Of a stretch of 28,450 nt of DNA, positions 23,932 to 28,450 are shown one piece after another. Below the pieces are notes generated by a model. That model did not search any database. It saw only the letters and a program-made list of their open reading frames with translations, and was not told the DNA's origin. The translations under genes were made by a program, and so were the position numbers. Position 1 is the first letter of the stretch, and each line of letters opens with the position of its first letter. Source of the DNA: a virus (lineage: Duplodnaviria > Caudoviricetes); IMG/VR virus record IMGVR_UViG_3300032330_002128, positions 1 through 28,450 of that record; one strand, 5' to 3'.

Positions 23932-24660
23932 ATGGCGAAGAAAAAACTCGACAAGTCGGGTTCTCTTGAGTTCCACCCTCAACTAGAACATAAAATTAGA
24001 TTTAAGCAAAAAAAGTTTAAATTTACTCAGAAACAAATCCACTTTTTGGATATGCTTCTTGATCCCCAGAATTCTATTATTTTTGTTTCTGGAGCAGCAG
24101 GCACATCAAAAACCTATATGTCTCTTTATGCTGGCATGCAGTTGATGGCGGCAGATTCAGACAAAGATTTACTTTATGTTAGAAGCATCATTGAAAGTGC
24201 CGAAAAAGGTTTGGGCAGTTTGCCAGGTGATATTGGAGAAAAGTTTGATCCTTTTCTTATGCCTCTATATGACAAATTAGAAGAGATCGTTCAAACGCAA
24301 GATGTTGTATGGTTGAAAGCTCAAGAAAAGATTTCTGCAATTCCAATCAACTTCTTACGCGGCGCAAGTTGGGTAAACAAGATTGTAGTGGCAGATGAAT
24401 GTCAAAATTTCACTTTTAAAGAAATCACCACTCTCATCACTCGCCTTGGACAAGGTTCCAAATTGATCATCTGCGGCGATTTTATGCAAAGCGACATCGG
24501 ATCAAAAAGTGGCTTCAAACCAATCTTCCAATTGTTTAATGATCAAGAAAGTAAAGACAACGGCGTTCAAACTTTTTCTTTCACACACGACGATATTGTA
24601 AGAAGCGGAATTCTCAAGTTTTTAATCACTAAATTAGAAAATTATCAATCCAACGTGTAA
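23932..24660 (+). CDS. phoH: PhoH-family ATPase
   Basis: 'GAAGTSKT', 'LGSLPGD..EK.DP', 'FLRGAS', 'ADECQN', 'ITRLG..SK.IICGD..QSD', 'DIVRS'. Confidence 0.95.
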   Translation: MAKKKLDKSGSLEFHPQLEHKIRFKQKKFKFTQKQIHFLDMLLDPQNSIIFVSGAAGTSKTYMSLYAGMQLMAADSDKDLLYVRSIIESAEKGLGSLPGDIGEKFDPFLMPLYDKLEEIVQTQDVVWLKAQEKISAIPINFLRGASWVNKIVVADECQNFTFKEITTLITRLGQGSKLIICGDFMQSDIGSKSGFKPIFQLFNDQESKDNGVQTFSFTHDDIVRSGILKFLITKLENYQSNV

Positions 24661-24781
24661 ATAAAAATAGCAAGACTCCACAACGCCCGCAGCGAAATGC
24701 AAATTTCTAATTGGTGGTAGTCTTGCCTTTTCGTGCGTAAAAATAACTGGAAAAAATTAATAAAAACAGCATTATAATTAT

Positions 24782-25144
24782 ATGAATGCTACTTTTTGTT
24801 CTAATTGTGGTTCCAAGCACACCTTCACGTATGCAAAGCCCAAATTCTGTTCAAGTTGCGGATTTAGTTTGGGGCCAGAATTAAAAAAATCTGCTTCATC
24901 ATCCGCTGCTGTTGATGATGATTCTTATGATGATGATGAAGATGAGGACAGCGATTTCAGCAATGCCTCTTTTGTGCCGCGACTCAAAAAATTAGAGTTG
25001 GATATTGAAAAATATTCCGAATCAAATTCATTCACACTTGGTTCTATTTTTGGCGAATCCAATTCTCAGCCAGTTCAACCAAGGCGTCGGACAGCCCAAT
25101 CTTTGGGTGATTTTATAAATGATAAACCTCGCCGTGGAGAATAA
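24782..25144 (+). CDS. zinc-ribbon protein with acidic tract
   Basis: 'FCSNCG...KFCSSCG' followed by a poly-Asp stretch. Confidence 0.8.
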   Translation: MNATFCSNCGSKHTFTYAKPKFCSSCGFSLGPELKKSASSSAAVDDDSYDDDEDEDSDFSNASFVPRLKKLELDIEKYSESNSFTLGSIFGESNSQPVQPRRRTAQSLGDFINDKPRRGE

Positions 25145-25820
25145 ACTTAAAACCTACGAAGAATGCTATGAAACAATTGATTTAGTTGTTAGCAAATTCC
25201 AAAAAAAATGGCAATTAAAAGCCATTAATTGGTTTGATTTTGAAGATGTCTCACAAGTTGTTAAATTGCACATCTTCAATAAATGGCATCTATGGGATCA
25301 AACCAGACCTCTTGAACCTTGGGCTGCAAGAGTCACATCGCACCAAATACGAAACATCATACGCAACAATTATACCAATTATGTTAAACCGTGTATGCAG
25401 TGCAAATTTAATATGGGAGACAATTTATGCTCCTTTACAAAAAATGGAGCGCAAAATACTTCTTGTGATTTATTTGCTAAATGGTGTAAACAAAAGAAAT
25501 CGGGGTATGGCATCAAACTACCACTGTCAATAGAAAACCATACGAAAGAAATTGATCAACATCAAGACACATCAATAAATTTTGATGATTCAATCGAAAA
25601 ACTAAACAATCTTTTAAAAGAAAACTTATCTGAATCTCATTACCAAGTATATAAAATGATGTTTTTTGAAAATAAAACTGAAGAAGAAGTCGCTCAGTTT
25701 ATGGGATATAAAAGCAATGAAAAAAACAGAGCAGCGGGATACAAACAAATCAAAAATCTAAAAAAGATGCTGAGGGCAAAAGCTCAAGAGATCATAAGTG
25801 AGCATGATATATTGTTATGA
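25119..25820 (+). CDS. phage-encoded sigma-factor-like protein with Cys-rich insert
   Basis: Region-2-like 'DFEDVSQ...KWHLWDQTRPLEPWAARVTSHQIRNIIR'; region-4 HTH 'VYKMMFFENKTEEEVAQFMGY'. Confidence 0.7.
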   Translation: MINLAVENKLKTYEECYETIDLVVSKFQKKWQLKAINWFDFEDVSQVVKLHIFNKWHLWDQTRPLEPWAARVTSHQIRNIIRNNYTNYVKPCMQCKFNMGDNLCSFTKNGAQNTSCDLFAKWCKQKKSGYGIKLPLSIENHTKEIDQHQDTSINFDDSIEKLNNLLKENLSESHYQVYKMMFFENKTEEEVAQFMGYKSNEKNRAAGYKQIKNLKKMLRAKAQEIISEHDILL

Positions 25821-26869
25821 ACTTAACAGAAGAACAAAAGGAAGCAATTAAAAAAGCTTATAAGACAAGCCCCGATCTTAATGAGATCACTCGTTCTGTT
25901 TTTAATAATCCAGATATTGATGGGAGAAGCAAAGAGGGACGATTAATTAGGTCTTATATGATTGAAGTTGGTTTGAAGTTTAAAACGGCTCGCCGTGTTA
26001 AACAAGAAAGTATCAAATTTACTAAAAAACAAAGAGAATTTATTATTGCTCAAGCTGATACTGGTTTGTCATCTTTAGCTATTGCAGAACTTATTTTTAC
26101 AGAAAAAGAGGTGAAACCTCTTTCTTTGGAACAAAGAGCAGTTCATAGCGTCATCAAAGAAATTAACCCAGATTATTCTCCATCACAAGATAATAATGTT
26201 GGTATTAGCAGTTATGTTGCGCCAAAATCAACAAGCCGCATCATTAAAAAGATCAATGATGCCACAGGCAATGAACTATTAGAAGAAAAAATTAATAGAC
26301 AACATAAAATATGCATTGATCGTTTGGGAGTCAATTTAAATAATTCACGATTTGTGATGATTGTCAATAACTATCTTATCAAAGATAATCGCGAGTTATT
26401 TGAACAAGAATTTATCCGTCTTACTTGGGATAAGCCAGACTTAACCGCCGACGAAATTAATCTTTACATGAATGTATGCAAAGAAATCGTTAACTTGGAA
26501 GTTGTCAGCAAGCATTTAAACAAATTGAATGATATGTTTGATATTGCTAATGATCAAGAGGAAATGAGCAATCGTTTATCTGAAATTATAAAAGCTAAAA
26601 GTTCAGAATATCACCAGTGCGAAACCAGAATCGAGGGACTAACTAAAAAGCTGCAAGGAGATCGAGCAACAAGAATGCAGAGCAAGCAAAAAGAAAATGC
26701 TTCATTATTATCTCTGGTTCAATATTTCCAAGATGAAGAAGAGCGCGTTAACATGGTTAAAATTGCTGAAATGCAAAAAGCGTTAATTAAAGAAGAGGCT
26801 CACAGACTAGAAGGAATGGCAGAATGGAAGAGTCGTATTTTAGGAATTTCCATCAATGATGTTGTTTAA
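25817..26869 (+). CDS. hypothetical coiled-coil protein (packaging-region gene)
   Basis: 350-aa ORF with HTH-like N-terminus and coiled-coil C-terminus; coupled to its neighbours. Confidence 0.75.
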   Translation: MNLTEEQKEAIKKAYKTSPDLNEITRSVFNNPDIDGRSKEGRLIRSYMIEVGLKFKTARRVKQESIKFTKKQREFIIAQADTGLSSLAIAELIFTEKEVKPLSLEQRAVHSVIKEINPDYSPSQDNNVGISSYVAPKSTSRIIKKINDATGNELLEEKINRQHKICIDRLGVNLNNSRFVMIVNNYLIKDNRELFEQEFIRLTWDKPDLTADEINLYMNVCKEIVNLEVVSKHLNKLNDMFDIANDQEEMSNRLSEIIKAKSSEYHQCETRIEGLTKKLQGDRATRMQSKQKENASLLSLVQYFQDEEERVNMVKIAEMQKALIKEEAHRLEGMAEWKSRILGISINDVV

Positions 26870-27797
26870 ATGCAAAGAATGTTCAGAAGAATTTGCGTCA
26901 AGCAAAAGTCTTCACGCTCATATCAAAAAACACAATTTGATATTGGGAGATTATTATGTCAAACACTTTCAAAGAAAAAATAAACTAACTGGAGATCTAC
27001 TTCAGTTTAAAAATTATGAAGATTATTTTGAACGAGATTTCTCAAATTACAGTCAAATGATCAAATGGTGCGAAACTGCCGTAGAAAAAGAAGTTAAGGA
27101 TTATGCTATTGATTGTCTAAAAAAAAGAATCGAAAAGAAGCAATTAAATTATGCACCAAATACTATCGAATTATTCACCGCTGATCTGCCTTCAATGTCA
27201 ATTTATAAACGCTTATTTGGAAGCTATTCTAAAGCGTGCGAAATTTGCAATTCTCAACCTATGTTTAAATCTACTCTCTCAAAAGAATTTGATAATGATT
27301 ATAGGGATTGCAAGATTTATATAGATACCCGCGAGCAAAAACCTTTATCATTTAAAAACTCAGAAAAATTAAAATTAGATGTAGGAGATTATGCTGTCAG
27401 TGGAGACAACTATGATTATACATATGTAGATCGCAAATCATTTGCTGATTTTTGCAGCACCATGACTGTTGGAGAAAAAAGATTCATCCGAGAGTTGCAA
27501 AGATGTAGAGATCTGGGGTGTTATTTATTTATTGTTATAGAATGCGATTTGTACAAGATGTCCAAGCTGAATGCTTTTTCGCCTAAAAGATATAATTTAA
27601 AATACGTCTTGCACAATATGAAAGAAATGCAACATGCGTATAGGGATTGTTGCCAATTTGTTTTTAGCGGAAATAGAGGTAATAGTCAAATGCTAATTCC
27701 CAAACTATTGATGTGTGGAAAGAAATTATGGGATACAGATATGCAATACTTTTTAGATAACGGTTGCATGAATTATTACGAAAGGTCACAAAAATGA
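26856..27797 (+). CDS. C2H2 zinc finger plus ERCC4/XPF-like nuclease
   Basis: 'CKECSEEF..SKSLHAHIKKH'; 'IYIDTREQKP...LDVGDY...VDRKSFADF'. Confidence 0.85.
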   Translation: MMLFKCKECSEEFASSKSLHAHIKKHNLILGDYYVKHFQRKNKLTGDLLQFKNYEDYFERDFSNYSQMIKWCETAVEKEVKDYAIDCLKKRIEKKQLNYAPNTIELFTADLPSMSIYKRLFGSYSKACEICNSQPMFKSTLSKEFDNDYRDCKIYIDTREQKPLSFKNSEKLKLDVGDYAVSGDNYDYTYVDRKSFADFCSTMTVGEKRFIRELQRCRDLGCYLFIVIECDLYKMSKLNAFSPKRYNLKYVLHNMKEMQHAYRDCCQFVFSGNRGNSQMLIPKLLMCGKKLWDTDMQYFLDNGCMNYYERSQK

Positions 27798-28450
27798 GTT
27801 GGGAAGCTGGACATCAAATATTACATAAAAAATTCGACAATATCAATGAAGAAGTTTTAGCTGCTAAAGGATTTCTTGATGAAAAAAAAGCCAAGATACT
27901 TCTTTATAAATTTCTTAGGCAAAATCCATCATTTGCTTGCGAATTGATCACTGGTGTTAGCCTTTTCCCATTTCAACACATGGCTATTAAAGCTATGATG
28001 GAAACAGATTATTTTTTAGGTATTTGGAGTCGTGGTCTTTCCAAATCATTCACAACTGGTGTTTTTGCTGCTTTAGACGCTATTCTAAATCAAGGCGTGC
28101 AAATCGGAATCATTTCTAAATCATTTCGTCAGAGCCGAATGATCTTTAATAAAATTGAAGAAATATCAAAAAGCCCAAAAGCTGGTTTCTTGGCGCAATG
28201 TATTACTAAAGTATCAAAAAGCAATGATCAATGGGTCATGGAAACTGGCCGAAGCAAAATTATAGCTCTTCCATTAGGAGATGGTGAAAAACTTCGTGGT
28301 TTTCGTTTTCAGCGAATGATTATTGACGAGCTTCTTTTGATGCCTGAAAAGATTGTTAATGAAGTTATTCTTCCTTTCCTCGCTGTTGTAGAAAATCCTA
28401 CTGAACGTCAAAAAATCTATGATTTAGAAACCCAAATGATCGCAGAAGGC
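27794..28450 (+). CDS. terL: terminase large subunit, N-terminal ATPase part (runs off the window)
   Basis: ATGA overlap at 27794; Q motif 'LFPFQ', Walker A 'WSRGLSKS', 'SKSFRQS', 'GEKLRGFRF..MIIDE' (Walker B). Confidence 0.85.
   Translation, partial: MSWEAGHQILHKKFDNINEEVLAAKGFLDEKKAKILLYKFLRQNPSFACELITGVSLFPFQHMAIKAMMETDYFLGIWSRGLSKSFTTGVFAALDAILNQGVQIGIISKSFRQSRMIFNKIEEISKSPKAGFLAQCITKVSKSNDQWVMETGRSKIIALPLGDGEKLRGFRFQRMIIDELLLMPEKIVNEVILPFLAVVENPTERQKIYDLETQMIAEG

Noticed and set aside
1-28450. tRNA, rRNA or stop-codon recoding
   Set aside because: No cloverleaf/T-loop signatures were noticed, and long genes read intact in the standard code.

Overview
This window is part of a large tailed dsDNA phage genome with three zones. 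(1) 1-13.1 kb is a mostly + strand nucleotide-metabolism, repair and counter-defence block: thyX, DRB0094-type RNA ligase, SLOG/DUF2493 protein, UvsE, a macro-domain protein, a RuvB-like ATPase, three free-standing endonuclease genes and many small hypotheticals. (2) 13.2-22.8 kb is a visibly GC-richer array of small - strand genes, most with their own sigma70-type promoter and often leaderless. Eight copies of a 77-bp element cut it into ~0.9-1.6 kb modules. Each element is a 27-bp palindrome, a 23-bp GC hairpin and a second 27-bp palindrome. The complete copies sit in a ~190-bp composite site with phased CTAAC/GTTAG repeats, and the adjacent gene's stop codon lies in an integron-like RYYYAAC motif. 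This looks like an undescribed phage gene-cassette array, but no recombinase is visible in the window, so mobility is inference. (3) 23.1-28.45 kb is a + strand core/late block: putative structural protein, PhoH, a sigma-factor-like protein, an ERCC4 nuclease and the 5' part of a large terminase. A GTGTAA motif 8-10 nt upstream of several ATGs is a candidate late promoter. Family calls come from motif recognition only; no searches were run.
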